DNA of 32,000 bases from Clostridia bacterium. GTDB taxonomy: Bacteria; Bacillota; Clostridia; Oscillospirales; Acutalibacteraceae. Shown here in pieces: positions 17,228-25,755 of this stretch. The notes under the pieces are model-generated. The model was not told the DNA's origin. It saw nothing but the letters and a program-made list of their open reading frames with translations, and did not search any database. Position 1 is the stretch's first letter. Every line of letters begins with the position of its first letter. Position numbers and translations under genes: made by a program. The DNA lies in NCBI GenBank assembly GCA_017416485.1, contig JAFQCH010000023.1, positions 31,262 to 63,261 on the forward strand, read 5' to 3'.

Positions 17228-18382
17228 ATGGCAGATAATGTTCTTGATCGTTTCAAAGAAGGCAGCATTGAAGAAGTTGTGATTGATACCGAAAAGAAAG
17301 TAAAAGTCGGTATTATCGGTACAGGCTGGATCGCAGAAGAACACGTTAAGAAGTATCTTATGTGCCCTGATGTTGAGATCGTAGCTGCTGCCGATCTTGT
17401 TGAAGGCAAAGCAGAAAAATTTTGCAAGGCTAACGGTATTGAAGGTGTACGTCTTTACAGAAGCCACAAGGAACTGCTCGATGCTGAAGAACTCGATGCC
17501 GTCAGTGTTTGCACATATAACCGCACCCATGCGGAATGCACCATTTATGCTCTGCAGAAGGGGGTTAATGTTCTTCTTGAAAAACCCATGTGTGTTACTC
17601 TTGAAGAAGCGGTTGCCATCTGTAAGGCTGAAAAGGAAAGCGGTAAAATCGTTTCTGTCGGTTTCCAGCCTCGTTTTGATGAAAACATGAAGATGGTCAA
17701 AGAAATCGTGCAGTCCGGAGAACTCGGCGATGTTTATTACATCCAGACCGGCGGCGGCAGACGCAGAGGCATTCCCACTCCTTACGGCACTTCTTTTATT
17801 GAAGACAAAACCGCAGGTATCGGTGCGCTTGCCGATATCGGTTGCTATTCTCTTGATATGGTTCTCAATGCAGTTGGTTACCCGAAGCCGCTTACGGTTT
17901 CCGGCTACACCAATGACTGCTTCGGTAAAGACCCCGTAACTTATCCCGGTCATCCCGAATATGCAGATCTGTTCAGTGTTGACGATTTTGCAGCTGCATT
18001 TGTCCGTCTGGAAGGCGGCATCATTCTTGACTTCCGTATTTCCTGGGCTATGAATATGGACACCCCCGGTGATACCATCATTCTCGGCACCAAAGCAGGT
18101 CTTCGTATTCCTTCCACCGAATGCTGGAACGGTTCCATCGGCGGTCCGCTTGTTATTTATCGTGATGTTGCTGGTACCCATGTTGAAACCAAGGTTCCCG
18201 AAAAGAAGAACAGCCACGATAACTTCTACAACAAGATCCGTTTCTTTATTGATGCTGTTAAGAACGGCACTGCTTCTCCCGTTCCCACAAGCCAGATTAT
18301 CTACAATCAGGCTATCATTGACGGTATTGCCCGTTCTGCAAAGGCTGGCAGAGAAGTCACTGTCGAAATTCCCGAAATCTAA
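17228..18382 (+). CDS. Gfo/Idh/MocA family NAD(P)-dependent oxidoreductase
   Basis: N-terminal Rossmann motif VKVGIIGTGWIAEEH and EKP motif (LLEKPM). GGAGGA RBS. Confidence 0.9.
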   Translation: MADNVLDRFKEGSIEEVVIDTEKKVKVGIIGTGWIAEEHVKKYLMCPDVEIVAAADLVEGKAEKFCKANGIEGVRLYRSHKELLDAEELDAVSVCTYNRTHAECTIYALQKGVNVLLEKPMCVTLEEAVAICKAEKESGKIVSVGFQPRFDENMKMVKEIVQSGELGDVYYIQTGGGRRRGIPTPYGTSFIEDKTAGIGALADIGCYSLDMVLNAVGYPKPLTVSGYTNDCFGKDPVTYPGHPEYADLFSVDDFAAAFVRLEGGIILDFRISWAMNMDTPGDTIILGTKAGLRIPSTECWNGSIGGPLVIYRDVAGTHVETKVPEKKNSHDNFYNKIRFFIDAVKNGTASPVPTSQIIYNQAIIDGIARSAKAGREVTVEIPEI

Positions 18383-18393
18383 AAAAATATGTG

Positions 18394-18424
18394 CGGGGCA
18401 TTCTTTTGAGTGTCCCGTTTTTTT
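18394..18424 (+). terminator. Rho-independent terminator
   Basis: CGGGGCA (18394-18400) pairs with TGTCCCG (18411-18417) around a 10-nt loop, followed by T7 (18418-18424). Confidence 0.7.
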
Positions 18425-18433
18425 GAGGTTGTT

Positions 18434-18949
18434 ATGGTTAAAGAATATCTTGAATTGGGGCAAATCGTCGGCACACACGGTGTTCGCGGTGAATTGCGTT
18501 TTAATCCGTGGGCAGATTCACCTGCTTTTGCCGCAAAGTTTAAAACTCTGTATACGGACGCAAGCGGAAATAACAGCGTGAAAGTAATTTCCCGTGTGCA
18601 CGGCAATGTTGTGCTTATGAAAATGGACGGTATTGATACCGTAGAAAAAGCCGCCTCGCTGAAGAATAAAATTCTGTTCATGAAAAGAAGCGATGCAAAA
18701 TTGCCGGAAGGCACATGGTTTGTGCAGGAACTCATCGGCTGTCATGTTTATGATGCCGACAACGCAACGGAATACGGCATTCTTTCGGATGTGTCTGAAA
18801 CAGGTGCCAATGATGTATGGCATATTACCGATGCAAAAGGGAATGAGTATCTGCTTCCTGCAATCAAACAGGTTATCATCGAAACCGATGTGGCGGCAGA
18901 CAGAATTCTGATTCGTCCGATGAAAGGGATTTTTGATGATGCGGATTGA
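18434..18949 (+). CDS. rimM: Ribosome maturation factor RimM
   Basis: [23 protein letters not shown] is the canonical RimM N-terminus, and a PRC-barrel-like C-terminus follows. I place the start at ATG 18434 (GAGG RBS 18425-18428). The track start at 18410 is a GTG inside the terminator. Confidence 0.9.
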   Translation: MVKEYLELGQIVGTHGVRGELRFNPWADSPAFAAKFKTLYTDASGNNSVKVISRVHGNVVLMKMDGIDTVEKAASLKNKILFMKRSDAKLPEGTWFVQELIGCHVYDADNATEYGILSDVSETGANDVWHITDAKGNEYLLPAIKQVIIETDVAADRILIRPMKGIFDDAD

Positions 18950-19700
18950 TATTCTGACCCTGTTTCCCGAAATGTGCCAAACCGTTTTCAATGAAAGCAT
19001 AACGGGGCGTGCCATCAAAAACGGAATATTGCAGATCAATGCAATCAATATCCGTGATTATACACTGGATAAACACAACCGTGTGGACGATACACCATAC
19101 GGTGGCGGCACCGGCATGCTCATGCAGGCGCAGCCGATTTATGATTGCTACAAAGCATTGTGTGAAGAACTCGGCACAAAGCCGCATCTTGTTTATATGT
19201 CTCCGCAAGGAACAGTACTGACGCAGAAAAAAGCTGTTGAATTGTCAAAATTGCCGAATCTCTGCATTCTTTGCGGACATTATGAAGGTGTGGATGAACG
19301 AGTTCTTGAAGAAATTGTGGATGAAGAAATCTCCATCGGTGACTATGTGCTGACAGGCGGTGAATTACCGGCGTTGGTGCTTGCAGACAGCATTGCCCGT
19401 ATGATCGACGGTGTGCTTGCCAATGAAGACGCCTACACATTGGAAAGCCACTACAATTCGCTTCTTGAGTATCCGCAATATACAAAACCCGCAGTATGGA
19501 ACGGCAGGGAAGTGCCGCCGATTTTGCTTTCGGGGCACCATGCAAACATAGAAAAATGGCGTCGTGAACAGTCATTGTTGCGCACGTTTGAGCGCAGACC
19601 CGATTTGTTGCAGACGGCAGAATTAACAAAAAAAGAGCAACAAATGCTTGATTCTTTCGCTTTGCAAGCGCAAAAGTGTGCAGAAGCGGATGAATCATGA
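18933..19700 (+). CDS. trmD: tRNA (guanine37-N1)-methyltransferase
   Basis: [12 protein letters not shown] start, plus the [10 protein letters not shown] and [18 protein letters not shown]-knot motifs. There are three consecutive ATGs at 18933, 18936 and 18939. The gene overlaps the rimM 3' end. Confidence 0.95.
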   Translation: MMMRIDILTLFPEMCQTVFNESITGRAIKNGILQINAINIRDYTLDKHNRVDDTPYGGGTGMLMQAQPIYDCYKALCEELGTKPHLVYMSPQGTVLTQKKAVELSKLPNLCILCGHYEGVDERVLEEIVDEEISIGDYVLTGGELPALVLADSIARMIDGVLANEDAYTLESHYNSLLEYPQYTKPAVWNGREVPPILLSGHHANIEKWRREQSLLRTFERRPDLLQTAELTKKEQQMLDSFALQAQKCAEADES

Positions 19701-19792
19701 GAAATTGTTTGTCAAAATGCACAAATAGGACTTGAAAAAATTGTCATACTTTAGCCTATCAAACGATTTTTTCAAAACACATCGGTTTGTGA

Positions 19793-19820
19793 TTGACGAG
19801 TGAAAGATTTGTGTTATAAT
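19793..19820 (+). promoter_or_regulatory. Sigma-A type promoter for the HPr gene
   Basis: TTGACG 19793-19798, 16-nt spacer, TGTTATAAT extended -10 (TATAAT 19815-19820). Confidence 0.6.
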
Positions 19821-19896
19821 ATGTAACAAGCAAAGAGTTTCTGATGCTTGTTTTGTGCATTGCAGAAATTAAATTATTGCCGTGGGAGAGTCAAAT

Positions 19897-20160
19897 ATGG
19901 TCCATAAAGATATTACAGTTCAGAATCAGGTTGGCTTGCATGCACGTCCTGCAACCTTCTTCATTCAGAAAGCAAATGAATTCAGATCTTCTATCTGGGT
20001 CGAAAAAGAAGAACGCAGAGCAAACGCAAAAAGCCTTCTTGGTGTTCTTTCTCTCGGTATCACCGGCGGCACAGACATTCGCATTATTGCAGACGGCAAT
20101 GATGAAAATGAAGCTTTGGCAGCACTTGTTAAGATGGTCGAAGCCGGTTTTGCCGAATAA
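19897..20160 (+). CDS. ptsH: Phosphocarrier protein HPr
   Basis: The GLHARPA motif provides His15, and AKSLLGVLSLG provides Ser46. 87 aa counted from ATG 19897. Confidence 0.9.
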   Translation: MVHKDITVQNQVGLHARPATFFIQKANEFRSSIWVEKEERRANAKSLLGVLSLGITGGTDIRIIADGNDENEALAALVKMVEAGFAE

Positions 20161-20182
20161 TTGTTTTGATTTCAGTGAAAAA

Positions 20183-20210
20183 CCGTTCTGCATCGCAGGG
20201 CGGATTTTTT
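20183..20210 (+). terminator. Rho-independent terminator
   Basis: CCGTTCTGC (20183-20191) pairs with GCAGGGCGG (20195-20203, two G-U pairs), followed by ATTTTTT. Confidence 0.6.
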
Positions 20211-20233
20211 CATTTTGTTAAGGAGGAAGCAGG

Positions 20234-22075
20234 ATGAATATTGCCGAATTGCGCAAAAAGGCAATGCAGTTGCCGTTGACTCCCGGTGTATATATTATGA
20301 AAAATAAAACGGGCGAGATCATCTATATCGGTAAAGCAAAGGCATTGCGCAACCGTGTAAGCCAATATTTCGGTTCACAAAGCAACCATACCGTCAAAGT
20401 GCGCCGAATGGTTGAAAATGTGCATGACTTTGATTACATTCTTGTTGCCTCCGAATTTGAAGCCCTGGTTCTGGAATGTTCACTCATCAAGCAACATCAC
20501 CCCAAGTATAATATTCTGCTGAAAGATGACAAGGGATACGGCTATATTAAAGTTTCAAAAGACGGTTGGCCGACTTTGACAGCCGAAAAACAAAAAGCAG
20601 AAGACGGTGCGGATTATTACGGCCCGTTTGCGTCTACAGGCTATGTTGCAAAAGCTGTGCAGGACGCAAAAGCAATCTTCGGCTTGCCGACCTGCAATAA
20701 GCATTTTCCGCGCGATATCAATCGGCAAGCTCGCCCGTGTCTGCATTACCACATCAAAACCTGTGCCGCGCCGTGTTGCGGCAAAATGAAAGAACAAGAA
20801 TATATGGAATCACATCGCGATGCACTTGCCTTGTTGCTTAACGGCGACGGAGAAATTATGCGTAAGTTGAAACGCGATATGCAGGAAGCTGCCGAAAATC
20901 TTGAGTTTGAGCGTGCCGCCCGTTTGCGCGACCGCATTGCATCCATTCAGAAAACATGGCAGAAACAGAGTGTTGTTGCTGTTCGCAGCGGTTTGCAGGA
21001 TGTTTTTGCAGTGACAGACGGAAGTGAAAAATCTTGCCTGACAGTGCTTCGCTACAGTGACGGAAAACTCTATGATTCCGAAAGTTTTATTTTCGATAAA
21101 CTGGAAAGCCCTGAAGAAGATCGCAGTCGTTTACTGACACAGTTTTATACCATCCGTGATGATGTTCCCGAGCGTGTCAGTGTGGATATTGAGCCCGCAG
21201 ATTCACAATTGTTAGAGGTGTGGCTTTCTGAAAAACGTGGTAAAAAGGTTCAGATTTTTGTTCCCAAGCAAGGCGAAGGAATGAAATTGATGCAGCTTGC
21301 ACGTGAAAATGCCTCCGAAAAACTGTCAAAATACACAGGCAAAAATGAAAAACAACAGCGTGTGATTGAAGAACTCGGCGAAATGCTTGGATTGCCAACA
21401 GCACCTGCTTATATAGAAGCATATGATATTTCTCATACAGCAGGCAGTGAGACTGTCGGCGGCATGATCGTTTTTAAAGACGGGAAGCCATATAAAAAGG
21501 CATACAGGAAGTTTGCCGTTCGCGGAATAGAAAACGATGACTGCGCGGCCATGGCGCAGGTTTTATCAAGAAGAATGGATGAATATCTGAAAAATCCCGA
21601 CGACGCAGACGGATTCGGCAGATTGCCCGATCTTATTTTGCTCGACGGCGCAAAAGGAGAGATCAATGCAGTTCATGCTGTTCTGTGTGAAAAAGGTTTA
21701 TCTGTGCCGTTGTTCGGTATGGTAAAGGACGGAAAGCACAGGACGCGAGCAATCGCAACAAGTGGCGATGAAATATCCATTCAGGATAAAAGGGCGGTGT
21801 TCACTTTGGTTGCCGAAATACAGGAAGAGGTGCATCGATTTGCAATTACCTACCATCGCCAGAAACGAAAAAAGAACACCCTGTCTTCCAATCTGACACA
21901 AATTGAAGGGATCGGCGAAAAAAGAGCAAAAGCCTTGCTGAAGCATTTCGGCACATTAGCAGCGGTGCAGAACGCAGACCTGGCTTCCTTGGAAGCTGTG
22001 AACGGAATCAGCAAACCGGCCGCTGAAAAGGTGTATCAGTATTTTCATGATTATCATGCAGATGAGGATGATTAA
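20234..22075 (+). CDS. uvrC: Excinuclease ABC subunit C
   Basis: GIY-YIG N-terminus (GVYIMKNKTGEIIYIGKAKALRNRVSQYF), UVR domain (FERAARLRD) and a C-terminal HhH (IEGIGEKRAKALL). Confidence 0.95.
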   Translation: MNIAELRKKAMQLPLTPGVYIMKNKTGEIIYIGKAKALRNRVSQYFGSQSNHTVKVRRMVENVHDFDYILVASEFEALVLECSLIKQHHPKYNILLKDDKGYGYIKVSKDGWPTLTAEKQKAEDGADYYGPFASTGYVAKAVQDAKAIFGLPTCNKHFPRDINRQARPCLHYHIKTCAAPCCGKMKEQEYMESHRDALALLLNGDGEIMRKLKRDMQEAAENLEFERAARLRDRIASIQKTWQKQSVVAVRSGLQDVFAVTDGSEKSCLTVLRYSDGKLYDSESFIFDKLESPEEDRSRLLTQFYTIRDDVPERVSVDIEPADSQLLEVWLSEKRGKKVQIFVPKQGEGMKLMQLARENASEKLSKYTGKNEKQQRVIEELGEMLGLPTAPAYIEAYDISHTAGSETVGGMIVFKDGKPYKKAYRKFAVRGIENDDCAAMAQVLSRRMDEYLKNPDDADGFGRLPDLILLDGAKGEINAVHAVLCEKGLSVPLFGMVKDGKHRTRAIATSGDEISIQDKRAVFTLVAEIQEEVHRFAITYHRQKRKKNTLSSNLTQIEGIGEKRAKALLKHFGTLAAVQNADLASLEAVNGISKPAAEKVYQYFHDYHADEDD

Positions 22076-22077
22076 AA

Positions 22078-22731
22078 ATGATCAAAGCAGTAATTTTTGA
22101 TCTTGACGGCACATTAACGGATACTTTGGATGATCTTGCAGATGCTGTCAATTATGTTTTGTCCCGCAATCATTATGCGCAAAGAACACGGGATGAAGTC
22201 CGTTCTTTTGTAGGTAACGGCTTGTATATGCTCATGCGCCGGGCTTTGCCTGCGGATGTTTCTGATGATGTTGCCGCAGCGTGTACGGATATACTGACTG
22301 CATATTACAAAGAACATTCCCTCGTGAAAACAAAACCGTATGACGGAATCTTTGCATTGTTGGAAAAATTGAACCGTGACGGTATTCTTTGTGCCGTTGC
22401 GACAAACAAAAGGGAAGCGGCTGCTAAGGAAATCTGTTTGCGCTTCTTCGGTTCGCTTTTGTGCAATGTCAAAGGTGACAACGGGCAAAGACCTTTAAAA
22501 CCGAATCGCGCTGTTATCGATGAATTGTTGCGTGAAATGAATGTTTCGGCAGCAGAAACATTATATGTCGGAGATTCCGAAGCGGACGCATTCACCGCGC
22601 ACAATGCCGATTTAACAGCCATCGGCGTTACATGGGGGTTTCGCAACAAAAAACAGTTAGAGGATGCCGGAATATCGTTATTTGCTGAAAAAAGTGAGGA
22701 TATATACAATATTGTAAAAAATTACGGTTGA
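22078..22731 (+). CDS. HAD-superfamily hydrolase (phosphoglycolate phosphatase-like, subfamily IA)
   Basis: FDLDGTLTDT motif I, ATNK motif II and GDSEADA motif IV. It starts 2 nt after the uvrC stop. Confidence 0.85.
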   Translation: MIKAVIFDLDGTLTDTLDDLADAVNYVLSRNHYAQRTRDEVRSFVGNGLYMLMRRALPADVSDDVAAACTDILTAYYKEHSLVKTKPYDGIFALLEKLNRDGILCAVATNKREAAAKEICLRFFGSLLCNVKGDNGQRPLKPNRAVIDELLREMNVSAAETLYVGDSEADAFTAHNADLTAIGVTWGFRNKKQLEDAGISLFAEKSEDIYNIVKNYG

Positions 22732-22794
22732 CAAATCATATTCTTTTGTGTAATAATAAATAAGTAAATTTTTATTTATGAACGGAGAGTTCGT

Positions 22795-23337
22795 TTGCGA
22801 GTTATAACAGGTTCTGCAAGGGGACGAAAACTTGTTACCCCCGAAGGAATGGAAGTCAGACCAACACTTGACAAGGTTAAAGAAGGTCTTTTCAGTGCCG
22901 TTCAGTTTGAAATTGAAGGCAGGGATGTTCTGGATCTTTTTGCAGGCTCAGGGCAGCTCGGAATTGAAGCATTGAGCCGCGGTGCCGCATCTTGTGTTTT
23001 TGTTGACAGTTCCAGAAAATCGCAGAATGCCATTCAGGCAAATATTGCCGCTTGCGGTTTTCAGGCGCAATCCGGGCTGATTGCAGGAGATGCGTTGAGT
23101 TACATCAAATCCTGCATGCAGACATTCGGAATTGTTTTTCTGGATCCTCCCTACGGTCAGAAATGGATCGATAAGGTTTTGCCCTATGTTGCAGACCATG
23201 TAACCCCGGGCGGAATCATTATTTGTGAATCAGATTTGAAAGAGGAGTTACCCGAACAGGCAGGGAACTTTACAGTCGATCGTGTTCGTAACTATTCTCA
23301 TACCAAGGTAACCATATACAGATGCAAATCAGAATGA
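22795..23337 (+). CDS. rsmD: 16S rRNA (guanine966-N2)-methyltransferase
   Basis: MRVITGSARGRKL...RPTLDKVKEGLFS, plus the DLFAGSG SAM motif and the DPPY motif. TTG start codon with a GGAGAG RBS 5 nt upstream. Confidence 0.9.
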   Translation: MRVITGSARGRKLVTPEGMEVRPTLDKVKEGLFSAVQFEIEGRDVLDLFAGSGQLGIEALSRGAASCVFVDSSRKSQNAIQANIAACGFQAQSGLIAGDALSYIKSCMQTFGIVFLDPPYGQKWIDKVLPYVADHVTPGGIIICESDLKEELPEQAGNFTVDRVRNYSHTKVTIYRCKSE

Positions 23338-23349
23338 GAGGTCATTCTT

Positions 23350-23847
23350 ATGCAGAAAATTGCTGTTTGTCCCGGTAGTTTTGATCCCATCACATTGGGG
23401 CATGTGGATGTAATTACCCGTGCCGCAAAAGTGTTTGACAAGGTTGTTGTAACGGTTATGTACAACAGCAAAAAACGCAACACAGGTCTTTTTAAACCCG
23501 ATGAACGCGTGGAACTGATCAGAAAAAGTGTTGCACATCTTCCGAATGTGGAAGTTGATTTTCACAGCGGATTGTTGGCAGATTATGTGCAGAAAATCGG
23601 AGCGGTCGCAGTGGTCAAAGGCTTGCGTGCTGTGTCTGATTATGAAGATGAATTCCAGCAGGCACTCACGAACAAACGATTGGCCCCGCAGGTGGATACC
23701 ATGTTTTTTGTAACCAGTGCCGAATACATGTTCTTAAGCTCGTCTTTGGTGCGCGAAGTGTGCAGTTATGGTGGCGACATCAGTGCATTTGTACCCGAAG
23801 CGATAATAGAAGATATAAAAAAGAAAGCAATAATAACGGAAGGATGA
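23350..23847 (+). CDS. coaD: Phosphopantetheine adenylyltransferase
   Basis: IAVCPGSFDPITLGHVDVI (T/HxGH nucleotidyltransferase motif) and the SSSLVRE motif. Confidence 0.95.
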   Translation: MQKIAVCPGSFDPITLGHVDVITRAAKVFDKVVVTVMYNSKKRNTGLFKPDERVELIRKSVAHLPNVEVDFHSGLLADYVQKIGAVAVVKGLRAVSDYEDEFQQALTNKRLAPQVDTMFFVTSAEYMFLSSSLVREVCSYGGDISAFVPEAIIEDIKKKAIITEG

Positions 23848-23854
23848 ATGAATT

Positions 23855-24448
23855 ATGAGCGTAGAGGATTTGTTGAGCCAGATTGAGGATTTACTTGATG
23901 ACGGTAAACCGTCGTTGATGGGTTCCGGGAAGGTGAAGGTTGATTCCGACTCTATCCGCCGCATTCTTGAAGACATTCGTCTTGAAATGCCCGAAGAAGT
24001 CAAGCAGGCAAGAAAAATTGCAGCAGAACGCAAAATGATTCTTGACAAGGCGCAGTCCAAGGCTGCCGCACAGATCAAGCAGGGTGAAATGCTTGCAGCA
24101 CAGATGGTTGAAGAAACCAGCATTGTCAAAATGGCACACGACCATTCCGCACAACTGAAGGCAACTGCCGAAGCAGAAGCTGCACAAATCGTGGCCGATG
24201 CTCGTTCGCAGGCTGCTGATATTATTGAAAAGGCAAAGGAAAATTATTCCGAAATCGTAAACAATGCGCAGAAGTGGTCTTCGGATCTTCGCAACGGTGC
24301 AAGTAATTTTGTTGATTCCATCATCGGCGATACAGAAGGCATTCTGGTTGAAGGCATCAATAATTTCAATACCAGCCTGAACAAGATTCACATTGTTCAG
24401 CAGCAGTTGGAAAATGTTGCAGCAAAGAGAGTTGCTGACGAATTTTAA
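23855..24448 (+). CDS. Conserved coiled-coil protein (often auto-annotated 'ATPase' / V-ATPase subunit H-like)
   Basis: The sequence is helical and rich in Ala, Glu, Gln and Lys (KQARKIAAERKMILDKAQSKAAAQIKQ...). Its position after coaD matches, as I recall, a conserved clostridial arrangement. Confidence 0.65.
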   Translation: MSVEDLLSQIEDLLDDGKPSLMGSGKVKVDSDSIRRILEDIRLEMPEEVKQARKIAAERKMILDKAQSKAAAQIKQGEMLAAQMVEETSIVKMAHDHSAQLKATAEAEAAQIVADARSQAADIIEKAKENYSEIVNNAQKWSSDLRNGASNFVDSIIGDTEGILVEGINNFNTSLNKIHIVQQQLENVAAKRVADEF

Positions 24449-24466
24449 TTGTACATAGTTTTCAAC

Positions 24467-24497
24467 AACACCTCATATCATTATGATGTGAGGTGTT
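24467..24497 (+). terminator. Strong hairpin inside the rsmD-coaD...rsuA gene string (weak terminator or processing site)
   Basis: AACACCTCA (24467-24475) pairs perfectly with TGAGGTGTT (24489-24497). The stem is extendable. It is followed by CAATTT and then ATG 24504. Confidence 0.45.
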
Positions 24498-24503
24498 CAA
24501 TTT

Positions 24504-24983
24504 ATGTTCTGTTTTTCCTTGAAGTCTGCCCGCTACCGTTTTTTTATGGTGCTTTGCGGGGTTTTATTGATTTTGCTGACCGTTTTTGCCGTAAAGGAAT
24601 TTGCCCGCAATCTTCCCGCAAACGGAAATGTATTTCCGCGCGGCGCAACGCAGGAAGAGCGATTGCAATATCTTGCGCAATTCGGTTGGACTGTGCAGGA
24701 AGAGCCCGTCAGTGTGCAGGAAATTTTTATTCCCGCGCAATTCGGGGATGTTTACAACAATTATAATGCAATTCAATTGGCGCAAGGGTTTGATCTTTTG
24801 CCCTATGCCGGCAGAAGCGTAAAAAAATGGGTGTATGCCGTAACCAATTACCCCGGCTATGCGCAAAGCGAAGCCTATGTGCAGGCCACTTTATTGGTCT
24901 GTCAGGGGATTATTATCGGCGGCGATATCTGCTCGGTAGAACTGAACGGTTTTATGCACGGTTTTGATTATCTTGCAAATTAA
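24504..24983 (+). CDS. DUF4830-like membrane-anchored protein
   Basis: N-terminal transmembrane segment (FFMVLCGVLLILLTVFAV), then ...ERLQYLAQFGWTVQEEP...IPAQFGDVYNNYN, which resembles DUF4830 as I recall it. Confidence 0.65.
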   Translation: MFCFSLKSARYRFFMVLCGVLLILLTVFAVKEFARNLPANGNVFPRGATQEERLQYLAQFGWTVQEEPVSVQEIFIPAQFGDVYNNYNAIQLAQGFDLLPYAGRSVKKWVYAVTNYPGYAQSEAYVQATLLVCQGIIIGGDICSVELNGFMHGFDYLAN

Positions 24984-24997
24984 CAAGGAAGTATTGT

Positions 24998-25711
24998 ATG
25001 GAATTGATTCGGCTTGATAAATTGCTGTCGCAGGCTCTTTTGCTTTCGCGCAGCGATGCAAAAAAGAAATTGCGTGATTCGCAAGTGTCCATCAACGGCA
25101 AAGTCTGCAAAAACGCAGATGTGAAAGTGAATCCGTCTGTGGATGTCATATCTGTCAGCGGGCAAACTATTGTGTATCAGAAACATGTTTATATCATGTT
25201 GCACAAACCCGCGGGCGTTGTTTCTGCTTCCAAAGACCCGAATGAAAAAACGGTGGTTGATCTTGTACCGGCAGAAATTCGCAGAAAAGGCTTGTTCCCG
25301 GCAGGACGGCTCGACAAAGATACCACGGGCTTTGTGCTGATCACGGATGACGGCGATTTTGCGCACCGCATATTGGCACCCGGAAAGCATGTGCCAAAAA
25401 CCTACCGTGTTACACTCACAAGGGCGGCGTCTGAAACGGAAATTGCCGAACTTGCCGACGGCCCCGTTTTGGATGATGAAAAATTGCTGCCTGTAGCTGT
25501 GCAGGTAATCTGCGAAGAAGATTTTATTTACAGTGTTGTGCTGATGGAAGGCAGATATCATCAGATTAAGCGGATGTTTGCCAAACAAGGCAATCCTGTT
25601 GTTGCATTGCATCGCACACAGATGGGAAACTTGCCTTTAGATCCCGCTTTGCAACCGGGTGCATGCAAAGTATTGTCAGCGGAAGAACTTGCACAAATCA
25701 CAGCAAAATAA
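24998..25711 (+). CDS. RsuA/RluB-family rRNA pseudouridine synthase with N-terminal S4 domain
   Basis: S4-like N-terminus (RLDKLLSQALLLSRSDAKKKLRDSQVSINGK), catalytic GRLDKDTTGFVLITDDG and the YHQIKRMF motif. Confidence 0.9.
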   Translation: MELIRLDKLLSQALLLSRSDAKKKLRDSQVSINGKVCKNADVKVNPSVDVISVSGQTIVYQKHVYIMLHKPAGVVSASKDPNEKTVVDLVPAEIRRKGLFPAGRLDKDTTGFVLITDDGDFAHRILAPGKHVPKTYRVTLTRAASETEIAELADGPVLDDEKLLPVAVQVICEEDFIYSVVLMEGRYHQIKRMFAKQGNPVVALHRTQMGNLPLDPALQPGACKVLSAEELAQITAK

Positions 25712-25718
25712 TAAAAAG

Positions 25719-25754
25719 TCGGAGCCTCGCCTTTGCGAAAGCTCCGAATTTTTT
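25719..25754. terminator. Bidirectional rho-independent terminator between convergent genes
   Basis: TCGGAGC (25719-25725) pairs with GCTCCGA (25741-25747). It is flanked by AAAAA upstream and a T6 run downstream. Confidence 0.7.
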
Positions 25755-25755
25755 G

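Noticed and set aside
17159-18478. 439-aa minus-strand ORF overlapping the Gfo/Idh/MocA gene.
   Set aside because: It is a codon-aligned antisense shadow of a gene with clear Rossmann and EKP motifs. The translation has no recognisable features. It would have to start inside the rimM region and run through a terminator.
19825-19852. The ptsH leader hairpin as a RAT/antiterminator target of a BglG/GlcT-type regulator.
   Set aside because: There is no overlapping alternative terminator/RAT architecture and no antiterminator gene nearby. The hairpin begins at the predicted transcription start. I keep it only as a low-interest note.
24449-24766. 105-aa ORF (MYIVFNNTSYHYDV...) overlapping the DUF4830 gene in another frame.
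   Set aside because: It starts inside the hairpin, has no RBS, and its product is Arg/Cys-rich junk. The in-phase DUF4830-like ORF at 24504 has a transmembrane anchor and family-like motifs.
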